A stretch of DNA of 64,000 nt from Escherichia coli (GTDB lineage Bacteria > Pseudomonadota > Gammaproteobacteria > Enterobacterales > Enterobacteriaceae), in NCBI RefSeq assembly GCF_001677475.2, contig NZ_CP015229.1; one strand, written 5' to 3'. Shown here piece by piece: positions 1 to 8,696 of the stretch; the stretch's first letter is position 1, and the number at the start of each line of letters is the position of its first letter. The translations under genes and the position numbers were made by a program. The notes under the pieces are model-generated. The model was not told where the DNA came from. It did not search any database and saw only the letters and a program-made list of their open reading frames with translations.

Positions 1-1
1 C

Positions 2-469
2 ACGCTGACGGTTTCTAACCTGTACGGTATGGTCACCGGGATGGCGGAAGATCTGCAGAGTCTGGTCGGCGGAACGGTGGTCCGGCGTAAGGTTTACGCC
101 CGTTTTCTGGATGCGGTGAACTTCGTCAACGGAAACAGTGACGCCGATCCGGAGCAGGAGGTGATCAGCCGCTGGCGCATTGAGCAGTGCAGCGAACTGA
201 GCGCGGTGAGTGCCTCTTTTGTACTGTCCACGCCGACGGAAACGGACGGCGCTGTTTTTCCGGGACGTATCATGCTGGCCAACACCTGCACCTGGACCTA
301 TCGCGGCGATGAGTGCGGTTATCACGGTCCGGCGGTCGCGGATGAATATGACCAGCCAACGTCCGATATCACGAAGGATAAATGCAGCAAATGCCTGAGC
401 GGTTGTAAGTACCGCAATAACGTCGGCAACTTTGGCGGCTTCCTTTCCATTAACAAACTTTCGCAGTAA
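2..469 (+). CDS. L: Lambda-like minor tail protein L, C-terminal part (N-terminus lies upstream of the window)
   Basis: Frame open from base 2; translation (TLTVSNLYGMVTGMAED...FLSINKLSQ) matches the phage lambda L C-terminus as recalled; followed by K, I, J in lambda order. Confidence 0.8.
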   Translation, partial: TLTVSNLYGMVTGMAEDLQSLVGGTVVRRKVYARFLDAVNFVNGNSDADPEQEVISRWRIEQCSELSAVSASFVLSTPTETDGAVFPGRIMLANTCTWTYRGDECGYHGPAVADEYDQPTSDITKDKCSKCLSGCKYRNNVGNFGGFLSINKLSQ

Positions 470-542
470 ATCCCATGTATTAGACGTCAACTAGTTTTGC
501 CGACTCGCGCCAACTATACTGGCCGCACCCTTCAGGGCGACA

Positions 543-1298
543 TCAAGTCGCGCTTGTTACTGCCTTCGCTGTCTTTTTCCTGTAGCTTTCCCCTTTCAGT
601 TCGAACATATATCCGTGATGGAGCAGCCTGTCTGCCGCAGCCACCGCCATAGTCTCATCCACGAAGATGCTGCCCCACATGCTGAACGGATGGTTACTGG
701 TTATCACCAGGCTCCCACGTTCATAGCGATGCGCTATTAACTCGAACAGCACACCCGTTTCGGCACTATCGCGTTTGACATAGCCAAGATCATCCACCAC
801 TATCACCCGGTAGCGATCCAGTTTCAGTAGCAGCTCATTCAGTTTCAACTGAGCTCTGGCTTTACGTAGTTCCTGCAACAGCTCTCCTGCGCTGTAGAAC
901 CGGGCCCGGTAGCCCTGACCTACTACGCCATCCACGATCGCTGCCGCCAGATGGCTTTTCCCCAACCCGCTGGCTCCGAACAGCAGAACGTTTTCTCCTG
1001 CATCAACCCAGTCTGTCGTTTCACAGAGTTGCCGGAACTGAGCTCCATTCAGTTCCGGCACCTGACTGAAGTCGTATTCGCTCAGCGTTTTGGCAACTGG
1101 CAACCGGGCCTCCTTTTTATAACGACGCAGTTTTTCACTCTCGCGCCACAGGAGTTCTTCATTGCATAGCGTCAGAAGATAGCGCGATGGTGTCCAGCCT
1201 TCTGCCAGCGCTCGTTTTTCCAGAGCGTGCCATTCAGCTCCAACTCGTGTCAGGCGTAGTTTACGCAGGCTATGTTCAAGGTGATGGATATTGCTCAC
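543..1298 (-). CDS. istB: IS21-family transposition helper ATPase IstB
   Basis: 251 aa ORF with Walker A motif GASGLGKSH and typical IstB length; start overlaps istA stop. Confidence 0.9.
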   Translation of the reverse strand: MSNIHHLEHSLRKLRLTRVGAEWHALEKRALAEGWTPSRYLLTLCNEELLWRESEKLRRYKKEARLPVAKTLSEYDFSQVPELNGAQFRQLCETTDWVDAGENVLLFGASGLGKSHLAAAIVDGVVGQGYRARFYSAGELLQELRKARAQLKLNELLLKLDRYRVIVVDDLGYVKRDSAETGVLFELIAHRYERGSLVITSNHPFSMWGSIFVDETMAVAAADRLLHHGYMFELKGESYRKKTAKAVTSAT

Positions 1299-2794
1299 TG
1301 CGAACCTCCCTTGCCACGCAGTAGTTGCTCATAACTGCTCAGGTTATGCTGTATCACATTGACTACCGGCAACGCCTTTTCTTTTATACCCAGGAAGCGC
1401 ATCAGCCGGTGCAGATCCACGTTTCCCGGGGTATTCAGCATCTGCTCCATACCTTTTGCCACGACTGAGATATCGTCGTATCCTGCAGCCAGTTTCAGGG
1501 CATGTACCATCAGCCTTCCTGCCATATCGGGCTCCAGATGATTACATAAGCGACGCCACAGCCTCCGCCATTCATCGTCCGGCAGGATGTCATTTCTCAG
1601 CGTTGCATGGCAGAACGCACCGGGCTTTTTTGCCAGACTGTCGATCACATGTCGGAAGTCGATACGACGGGCCCGCGTCTTCCCTTTTTCTGGTCTGACG
1701 CGAGGGCAGCTCATGACCTCGCTGCTGCCAACGTAACAGCTCAGACGATCGTCCCATAACCTGACCCGTAACAGTTGACCTACAAGCCGGGAAGGTACGC
1801 TGTAGACGACGTGCTTCACATTGATGGTACTGCTGCGACTAACCCTCACAGTCAGCTCATCATAGTCAGCACTGCGACGAAGCGGCAGCGGTTTCAGATG
1901 AAGACGTTCTTCCTTGACCAGATCCTGATTGTTACGGTTGTGCCGCATAACCTGCTGAGTGATGAAGGCCTGATATTCTTCTATGGTGCTGAAGTCGTTA
2001 CTGCCCCGCAGTATCAGCGCCTGACAGATACGCCTTTTCAGATGTCCGTGGGCACTTTCAACCGAGCCATTTTCGTGGCCCCGACCGGCATTATTGTGTA
2101 CGCCCTGCATTCCGTAGTGCTGACAGAGAGTAGCATAACGCTCAGTCAGCTCGCGGCGTCCATCTTCGCCCTGTTGTTTCCATGCTGCCCTCAGGCTGTC
2201 CGTTTTATGTTCTACCGGCACTCCGCCCAGTTGTCCGAGGGCTTCCTGCAGGCCTTCAGCCAGAGCAGAGAAGCTCTCACCACCCAGAACAACCCGCATC
2301 CAGCTCCAGTGGCTCCATTCCAGACGGAAGTGATACAACTTATGCGCCAACAACTTACCGGCGATGGTGACAACTACACCTTTCAGTTCAGTAAAGTCCG
2401 ACAGGCCTCGCAGGCCGGGCTGATGTTGCTGGCGGAACATGACCTCCTGCTCTGTACCATACTGTAGTTTCCATTCGCGAACCCGCCGTTGCATTGTTCT
2501 TCGAAGGCTGTTGGGGTACTGGCCGGGATATTTATCCTGTAGCATCTCCAGTAGAGTTGTTGGTGTCAGAGCCGGCCTCTCTTTCAACAGAGGAACAAGC
2601 ATGCTGTCCCACACAGCTTCCAGAGGATCTTTGCGTGTGCGCCAGTGCCGAACACTGTTTTTTGCCCACTCTCCTTTTTCGATCCGACGACCAGAACGGA
2701 CTGAGATACCAGCCTTCATGGCCGAGATATGCTGAGTTATACCTTTCTTACGCTGAGTCATATAGTAACTGACCTGAGAAGTATTGAGCGTCAC
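1295..2794 (-). CDS. istA: IS21-family transposase IstA
   Basis: 499 aa ORF immediately upstream of and coupled to istB; N-terminal HTH-like region and integrase-like core; family assignment by architecture. Confidence 0.85.
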   Translation of the reverse strand: MTLNTSQVSYYMTQRKKGITQHISAMKAGISVRSGRRIEKGEWAKNSVRHWRTRKDPLEAVWDSMLVPLLKERPALTPTTLLEMLQDKYPGQYPNSLRRTMQRRVREWKLQYGTEQEVMFRQQHQPGLRGLSDFTELKGVVVTIAGKLLAHKLYHFRLEWSHWSWMRVVLGGESFSALAEGLQEALGQLGGVPVEHKTDSLRAAWKQQGEDGRRELTERYATLCQHYGMQGVHNNAGRGHENGSVESAHGHLKRRICQALILRGSNDFSTIEEYQAFITQQVMRHNRNNQDLVKEERLHLKPLPLRRSADYDELTVRVSRSSTINVKHVVYSVPSRLVGQLLRVRLWDDRLSCYVGSSEVMSCPRVRPEKGKTRARRIDFRHVIDSLAKKPGAFCHATLRNDILPDDEWRRLWRRLCNHLEPDMAGRLMVHALKLAAGYDDISVVAKGMEQMLNTPGNVDLHRLMRFLGIKEKALPVVNVIQHNLSSYEQLLRGKGGSQ

Positions 2795-2890
2795 GCCATT
2801 TCCTGTTGGATCATGTAAATGACACTCAGGTTACAAAACCGGCCAGAATAATCGGCGCCAGGCGGACTGAGTTATTGTCGTCTCATACCC

Positions 2891-3634
2891 ATGACACAGA
2901 CTGAATCAGCGATTCTGGCGCACGCCCGGCGGTGTTCGCCTGCGGAATCGTGCGGCTTCGTGGTGAGAACGCCGGAGGGAGACAGGTATCTTCCCTGCGT
3001 GAATATCTCCGGTGAGCCGGAGGCGTATTTCCGGATGTCGCCGGAGGACTGGCTGCGGGCAGAAATGCAGGGTGAGATTGTGGCGCTGGTCCACAGCCAC
3101 CCCGGTGGACTGCCCTGGCTGAGTGAGGCCGACAGGCGGCTGCAGGTGCAGAGTGATTTGCCGTGGTGGCTGGTCTGCCGGGGGGCGATTCACAAGTTCC
3201 GCTGTGTGCCACATCTTACCGGGCGACGCTTTGAGTACGGGGTGACGGACTGTTACACGCTGTTCCGGGATGCTTACCATCTGGCGGGGATTGAGATGCC
3301 GGATTTTCATCGCGGGGATGACTGGTGGCGTAACGGCCAGAATCTCTATCTGGATAATCTGGAGGCCACAGGGCTGTATCAGGTGCCGTTGTCATCAGCA
3401 CAACCGGGCGATGTGCTGCTGTGCTGTTTTGGTTCATCGGTGCCGAATCATGCCGCCATTTACTGCGGCGACGGCGAGCTGCTGCACCATATTCCTGAAC
3501 AACTGAGCAAACGAGAGAGGTATACCGACAAATGGCAGCGACGCACACACTCCCTCTGGCGTCACCGGGCATGGCACGCATCTGCCTTTACGGGGATTTA
3601 CAACGATTTGGCCGCCGCATCGACCTTCGTGTGA
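2891..3634 (+). CDS. K: Lambda-like tail assembly protein K (JAB/MPN metalloprotease-like plus NlpC/P60-like domains)
   Basis: 247 aa ORF; JAMM motif HSHx7Sx2D (HSHPGGLPWLSEAD); C-terminus matches lambda K as recalled; overlaps I by about 100 nt as in lambda; alternative internal start at 3035 corresponds to the classical 199-aa lambda K. Confidence 0.85.
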   Translation: MTQTESAILAHARRCSPAESCGFVVRTPEGDRYLPCVNISGEPEAYFRMSPEDWLRAEMQGEIVALVHSHPGGLPWLSEADRRLQVQSDLPWWLVCRGAIHKFRCVPHLTGRRFEYGVTDCYTLFRDAYHLAGIEMPDFHRGDDWWRNGQNLYLDNLEATGLYQVPLSSAQPGDVLLCCFGSSVPNHAAIYCGDGELLHHIPEQLSKRERYTDKWQRRTHSLWRHRAWHASAFTGIYNDLAAASTFV

Positions 3635-4203
3635 AAACGGGGGCCGAAGCCATCCGGGCGCTGGTCATGCAGATCCCGGCGTTTCGTCAGAAACTGAGCG
3701 ACGGCTGGTATCAGGTACGGATTGCCGGGCGGGACGTCAGCACGTCCGGGTTAACGGCGCAGTTACATGAGACTCTGCCTGATGGCGCTGTGATTCATAT
3801 TGTTCCCAGAGTCGCCGGGGCCAAGTCAGGTGGCGTATTCCAGATTGTCCTGGGGGCTGCCGCCATTGCCGGATCATTCTTTACTGCCGGAGCCACCCTT
3901 GCAGCATGGGGGGCAGCCATTGGGGCCGGTGGTATGACCGGTATCCTGTTTTCTCTCGGTGCCAGTATGGTACTTGGTGGTGTGGCGCAGATGCTGGCAC
4001 CGAAAGCCAGAACTCCCCGTACACAGACAACGGATAACGGTAAGCAGAACACCTATTTCTCCTCACTGGATAACATGGTTGCCCAGGGCAATGTTCTGCC
4101 TGTTCTGTACGGTGAAATGCGCGTGGGGTCGCGGGTGGCTTCTCAGGAGATCAGCACGGCAGACGAGGGGGACGGTGGTCAGGTTGTGGTGATTGGTCGC
4201 TGA
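3532..4203 (+). CDS. I: Lambda-like tail assembly protein I
   Basis: 223 aa ORF, same length and position as lambda I; Gly/Ala-rich hydrophobic C-terminal half. Confidence 0.85.
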   Translation: MAATHTLPLASPGMARICLYGDLQRFGRRIDLRVKTGAEAIRALVMQIPAFRQKLSDGWYQVRIAGRDVSTSGLTAQLHETLPDGAVIHIVPRVAGAKSGGVFQIVLGAAAIAGSFFTAGATLAAWGAAIGAGGMTGILFSLGASMVLGGVAQMLAPKARTPRTQTTDNGKQNTYFSSLDNMVAQGNVLPVLYGEMRVGSRVASQEISTADEGDGGQVVVIGR

Positions 4204-4221
4204 TGCAAAATGTTTTATGTG

Positions 4222-4249
4222 AAACCGCCTGCGGGCGGTTTTGTCGTTT
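4222..4249 (+). terminator. Terminator-like hairpin between tail genes I and J
   Basis: Perfect 8-bp stem AAACCGCC/GGCGGTTT with 4-nt loop, followed by a T-rich run. Confidence 0.4.
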
Positions 4250-4263
4250 ATGGAGCGTGAGGA

Positions 4264-7200
4264 ATGGGTAAAGGCAGCAGTAAGGGGCATACCCCGCGCG
4301 AAGCGAAGGATAACCTGAAGTCCACGCAGTTGCTGAGTGTGATCGATGCCATCAGCGAAGGGCCGGTTGAAGGTCCGGTGGATGGATTAAAAAGCGTGCT
4401 GCTGAACAGTACGCCGGTGCTGGACAGTGAGGGGAATACCAATATCTCCGGTGTCACGGTGGTGTTCCGTGCAGGTGAGCAGGAGCAGACACCGCCGGAG
4501 GGATTTGAATCCTCCGGCTCCGAGACGGTGCTGGGTACGGAAGTGAAGTACGACACGCCGATTACCCGGACCATCACGTCTGCAAACATCGACCGTCTGC
4601 GCTTTACCTTCGGTGTGCAGGCACTGGTGGAAACCACCTCAAAGGGGGACCGGAATCCGTCGGAAGTCCGCCTGCTGGTTCAGATACAACGTAACGGTGG
4701 CTGGGTGACGGAAAAAGACATCACCATTAAGGGAAAAACCACCTCACAGTATCTGGCCTCGGTGGTGGTGGGTAACCTGCCGCCGCGCCCGTTCAGTATC
4801 CGGATGCGCAGGATGACGCCGGACAGCACTACAGACCAGCTGCAGAACAAAACGCTCTGGTCGTCATACACCGAAATCATCGATGTGAAACAGGGCTACC
4901 CGAACACGGCACTGGTCGGTGTACAGGTGGACTCGGAGCAGTTCGGCAGCCAGCAGGTGAGTCGTAATTATCATCTTCGCGGGCGCATTCTGCAGGTGCC
5001 GTCGAACTATAACCCGCAGACGCGGCAATACAGCAGTATCTGGGACGGAACGTTTAAACCGGCATACAGCAACAACATGGCCTGGTGTCTGTGGGATATG
5101 CTGACCCATCCGCGCTACGGCATGGGGAAACGTCTTGGTGCGGCGGATGTGGATAAATGGGCGCTGTATGTCATCGGCCAGTACTGCGACCAGTCAGTGC
5201 CGGACGGCTTTGGCGGCACGGAGCCGCGCATCACCTGTAATGCTTACCTGACAACACAGCGTAAGGCGTGGGATGTGCTCAGTGATTTCTGCTCGGCGAT
5301 GCGCTGTATGCCGGTATGGAACGGGCAGACGCTGACGTTCGTGCAGGACCGGCCGTCGGATAAGGTGTGGACCTATAACCGCAGTAATGTGGTGATGCCG
5401 GATGACGGCGCGCCGTTCCGCTACAGCTTCAGCGCCCTGAAGGACCGCCATAATGCCGTTGAGGTGAACTGGATTGACCCGGACAACGGCTGGGAGACGG
5501 CAACAGAGCTTGTGGAGGACACGCAGGCCATTGCCCGTTACGGTCGTAACGTCACGAAGATGGATGCCTTTGGCTGTACCAGCCGGGGGCAGGCGCACCG
5601 CGCCGGGCTGTGGCTGATTAAAACGGAACTGCTGGAAACGCAGACCGTGGACTTCAGCGTGGGTGCCGAAGGGCTTCGCCATGTGCCGGGCGATATCATT
5701 GAAATCTGCGATGATGACTATGCGGGTATCAGCATCGGTGGTCGCGTGCTGGCGGTGAACAGCCAGACCCGGACGCTGACGCTCGACCGTGAAATCACGC
5801 TGCCATCCTCCGGCACCACTCTGATAAGCCTGGTTGACGGAAATGGCAATCCGGTCAGCGTGGAGGTTCAGTCCGTCACCGACGGCATGAAGGTGAAAGT
5901 GAGCCGTGTTCCTGACGGCGTTGCAGAATACAGCGTGTGGGGGCTGAAGCTGCCGACGCTGCGCCAGCGCCTGTTCCGCTGCGTGAGTATCCGTGAGAAC
6001 GACGACGGCACGTATGCCATCACTGCCGTGCAGCATGTACCGGAAAAAGAAGCCATCGTGGATAACGGGGCGCACTTTGACGGCGACCAGAGCGGCACGG
6101 TGAATGGTGTCACGCCGCCAGCGGTGCAGCACCTTACCGCCGAAGTCACCGCAGACAGCGGGGAGTATCAGGTACTGGCCCGCTGGGACACGCCGAAGGT
6201 GGTGAAGGGCGTGAGCTTCATGCTTCGCCTGACCGTGGCAGCGGACGACGGCAGTGAGCGGCTGGTCAGCACAGCCCGGACGACGGAAACCACATACCGC
6301 TTCAGACAACTGGCGCTGGGGCGTTATATGCTGACGGTCCGGGCGGTAAATGCCCGGGGGCAGCAGGGTGATCCGGCGTCGGTATCGTTCCGGATTGCGG
6401 CACCGGTAGCGCCTGTCACTATTGAACTGATACCGGGGTATTTTCAGATAACGGCGGTCCCGAAACTGGCTGTATATGACCCGACGGTACAGTTTGAGTT
6501 CTGGTTATCGGAAAAGCGGATTATCGATATCAGGCAGGTTGAAACCACAGCCCGCTATCTTGGTACGGCGCTGTACTGGATAGCCTCCGGACCGGATATT
6601 GAGCCGGGCAATAATTATTATTTTTACGTTCGCAGTGTGAATACCGTCGGCAAATCGGCATTTGTGGAGGCTGTTGGCCAGCCGGGTAACGATGCTGAGA
6701 AATATCTCCATTTTTTTGAAGGGAAAATAAACAGCACCCTGCTGGGGCAGGAGCTGAACGATCGTATTAATGCCTCGGCATTGCGCAGTGAAGTTGAGCA
6801 ACTGGAGGATGAGATCAATCAGCAGATAGAGAGTGATATTGCTGAAGTGACCCAAAAAATCGGGGAGACAGAAAACAGCCTCACGCAGCTGGTTGCGAAA
6901 AAAAATGATGAGCTGTCACTGGGTATATCACAGGTGAGCCAGAGAGTGGATAACGTCAGCAGCGAACTCACGCAGACGGTCAGTCAGAGTAATGAGGAGA
7001 ATGCACGCCAGATAGCGCAGGTTCGCCAGTATGTGGATCAAAAAAGCAGTGAAATCATGACGACAACGGACCAGAAGCTGGGAGATCAGGAGGCCACCAT
7101 CCAGCAGATACAAAAGGTTCAGACGGACACCAGTAATAACCTGAACAGTATGTGGGCCGTGAAACTGCAGCAGATGCAGGATGGTCGCCTTTATATTGCG

Positions 7201-7965
7201 GGTATCGGTGCCGGTATTGAGAACACCCCCGACGGCATGCAGAGTCAGGTGCTGCTGGCGGCAGACAGGATTGCGATGATTAATCCTGCAAATGGCAACA
7301 CAAAACCGATGTTTGTTGGTCAGGGTGATCAGATATTCATGAATGAAGTGTTCCTGAAATATCTGACGGCTCCCACCATTACCAGCGGCGGTAATCCTCC
7401 TGCATTTTCCCTGACACCGGACGGAAAGCTGACCGCTAAAAATGCCGATATCAGCGGTAACGTGAATGCGAACTCCGGGACGCTCAACAACGTCACGATA
7501 AATGAGAACTGTCAGATTAAGGGGAAACTGTCAGCCAACCAGATTGAAGGCGATATTGTCAAAACGGTCAGCAAGTCTTTCCCCCGCACGAACAGTTATG
7601 CCAGTGGCACCATCACGGTAAGAATCAGTGATGATCAGAAATTTGACCGGCAGGTCATGATACCGCCAGTGTTGTTCCGTGGTGGTAAGCATGAGAATTT
7701 CAACAGTAATAACCAACAGTCATACTGGTATTCAACCTGCCGGTTAAGAGTGACCCGCAATGGTCAGGAGATTTTTAATCAGTCCACGACGGATGCTCAG
7801 GGCGTATTTTCCTCAGTTATAGATATGCCTGCCGGACAGGGGGCGCTGACACTGACATTCACCGTATCTTCATCAGGAGCGAATAACTGGACACCAACAA
7901 CCAGTATCAGCGATCTGCTGGTTGTGGTGATGAAGAAATCCACAGCAGGTATCAGTATCAGCTGA
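4264..7965 (+). CDS. J: Lambda-like tail tip / host specificity protein J (1233 aa) with divergent C-terminal receptor-binding region
   Basis: N-terminal about 800 aa match lambda J as recalled ([21 protein letters not shown]...); C-terminal third diverges and is longer. Confidence 0.9.
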   Translation: MGKGSSKGHTPREAKDNLKSTQLLSVIDAISEGPVEGPVDGLKSVLLNSTPVLDSEGNTNISGVTVVFRAGEQEQTPPEGFESSGSETVLGTEVKYDTPITRTITSANIDRLRFTFGVQALVETTSKGDRNPSEVRLLVQIQRNGGWVTEKDITIKGKTTSQYLASVVVGNLPPRPFSIRMRRMTPDSTTDQLQNKTLWSSYTEIIDVKQGYPNTALVGVQVDSEQFGSQQVSRNYHLRGRILQVPSNYNPQTRQYSSIWDGTFKPAYSNNMAWCLWDMLTHPRYGMGKRLGAADVDKWALYVIGQYCDQSVPDGFGGTEPRITCNAYLTTQRKAWDVLSDFCSAMRCMPVWNGQTLTFVQDRPSDKVWTYNRSNVVMPDDGAPFRYSFSALKDRHNAVEVNWIDPDNGWETATELVEDTQAIARYGRNVTKMDAFGCTSRGQAHRAGLWLIKTELLETQTVDFSVGAEGLRHVPGDIIEICDDDYAGISIGGRVLAVNSQTRTLTLDREITLPSSGTTLISLVDGNGNPVSVEVQSVTDGMKVKVSRVPDGVAEYSVWGLKLPTLRQRLFRCVSIRENDDGTYAITAVQHVPEKEAIVDNGAHFDGDQSGTVNGVTPPAVQHLTAEVTADSGEYQVLARWDTPKVVKGVSFMLRLTVAADDGSERLVSTARTTETTYRFRQLALGRYMLTVRAVNARGQQGDPASVSFRIAAPVAPVTIELIPGYFQITAVPKLAVYDPTVQFEFWLSEKRIIDIRQVETTARYLGTALYWIASGPDIEPGNNYYFYVRSVNTVGKSAFVEAVGQPGNDAEKYLHFFEGKINSTLLGQELNDRINASALRSEVEQLEDEINQQIESDIAEVTQKIGETENSLTQLVAKKNDELSLGISQVSQRVDNVSSELTQTVSQSNEENARQIAQVRQYVDQKSSEIMTTTDQKLGDQEATIQQIQKVQTDTSNNLNSMWAVKLQQMQDGRLYIAGIGAGIENTPDGMQSQVLLAADRIAMINPANGNTKPMFVGQGDQIFMNEVFLKYLTAPTITSGGNPPAFSLTPDGKLTAKNADISGNVNANSGTLNNVTINENCQIKGKLSANQIEGDIVKTVSKSFPRTNSYASGTITVRISDDQKFDRQVMIPPVLFRGGKHENFNSNNQQSYWYSTCRLRVTRNGQEIFNQSTTDAQGVFSSVIDMPAGQGALTLTFTVSSSGANNWTPTTSISDLLVVVMKKSTAGISIS

Positions 7966-7982
7966 ATTTTATAACCCATAAC

Positions 7983-8008
7983 GGGCGTCAGAAATGACGC
8001 CTTTTTTA
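7983..8008 (+). terminator. Rho-independent terminator after J
   Basis: Stem GGCGTCA/TGACGCC with GAAA loop followed by TTTTTT. Confidence 0.6.
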
Positions 8009-8031
8009 TTGCAGAAAAGCGAGAGGTAATT

Positions 8032-8631
8032 ATGCGTAAACTTTATGCCGCCATTTTGTCCGCAGCCATTTGTCTGGCCTTATCCGGTGCGCCTGCATGG
8101 GCGTCTGAACATCAGTCCACGCTGAGCGCGGGGTATCTTCATGTCTCGACGAACGTTCCCGGCAGCGATGATCTGAACGGGATTAACGTGAAATACCGTT
8201 ATGAGTTTACGGACACACTGGGTATGGTGACGTCATTCAGCTATGCAGGAGACAAGAATCGCCAGCTGACCCGTTACAGCGATACCCGCTGGCATGAAGA
8301 TTCCGTTCGTAACCGCTGGTTCAGCGTAATGGCGGGGCCGTCTGTGCGCGTGAATGAATGGTTCAGCGCGTATGCGATGGCGGGTGTGGCTTACAGCCGT
8401 GTGTCGACTTTCTCCGGGGATTATCTCCGCGTAACTGACAATAAGGGGAAAACGCACGATGTGCTGACCGGAAGTGATGACGGTCGCCACAGCAACACGT
8501 CTCTGGCGTGGGGAGCTGGCGTGCAGTTTAACCCGACCGAATCCGTGGCTATTGATATTGCTTATGAAGGCTCCGGCAGTGGCGACTGGCGCACTGACGG
8601 TTTCATCGTGGGTGTCGGTTATAAGTTCTGA
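8032..8631 (+). CDS. lom: Lom-like outer membrane protein (Ail/Lom/PagC family)
   Basis: 199 aa ORF with signal peptide (MRKLYAAILSAAICLALSGAPAWA) and terminal aromatic residue (YKF); lambda lom position downstream of J. Confidence 0.85.
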   Translation: MRKLYAAILSAAICLALSGAPAWASEHQSTLSAGYLHVSTNVPGSDDLNGINVKYRYEFTDTLGMVTSFSYAGDKNRQLTRYSDTRWHEDSVRNRWFSVMAGPSVRVNEWFSAYAMAGVAYSRVSTFSGDYLRVTDNKGKTHDVLTGSDDGRHSNTSLAWGAGVQFNPTESVAIDIAYEGSGSGDWRTDGFIVGVGYKF

Positions 8632-8657
8632 TTAGCCAGGTAACACAGTGTTATGAC

Positions 8658-8686
8658 AGCCCGCCGGGTTCAGGCGGGCTTTTTTG
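8658..8686 (+). terminator. Rho-independent terminator after lom
   Basis: Stem AGCCCGCC/GGCGGGCT followed by TTTTT. Confidence 0.65.
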
Positions 8687-8696
8687 TGGGGTGAAT

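Larger units (their letters stand above)
478..2887 (-). mobile_element. IS21-family insertion sequence (istA-istB), about 2.41 kb, inserted between tail genes L and K
   Basis: istA/istB gene pair with 4-bp overlap; about 48-bp imperfect terminal inverted repeats (about 34/48 matches in a gapless alignment of 478-525 against the reverse complement of 2840-2887); direct repeat CCCATG at 472-477 and 2888-2893; boundaries +/- a few bp. Confidence 0.8.

Noticed and set aside
5194-6309. 371-aa ORF on the minus strand inside J
   Set aside because: Lies entirely antisense within the conserved J coding region; high-GC shadow ORF with Arg/Ala/His-rich composition; no independent start or RBS context.
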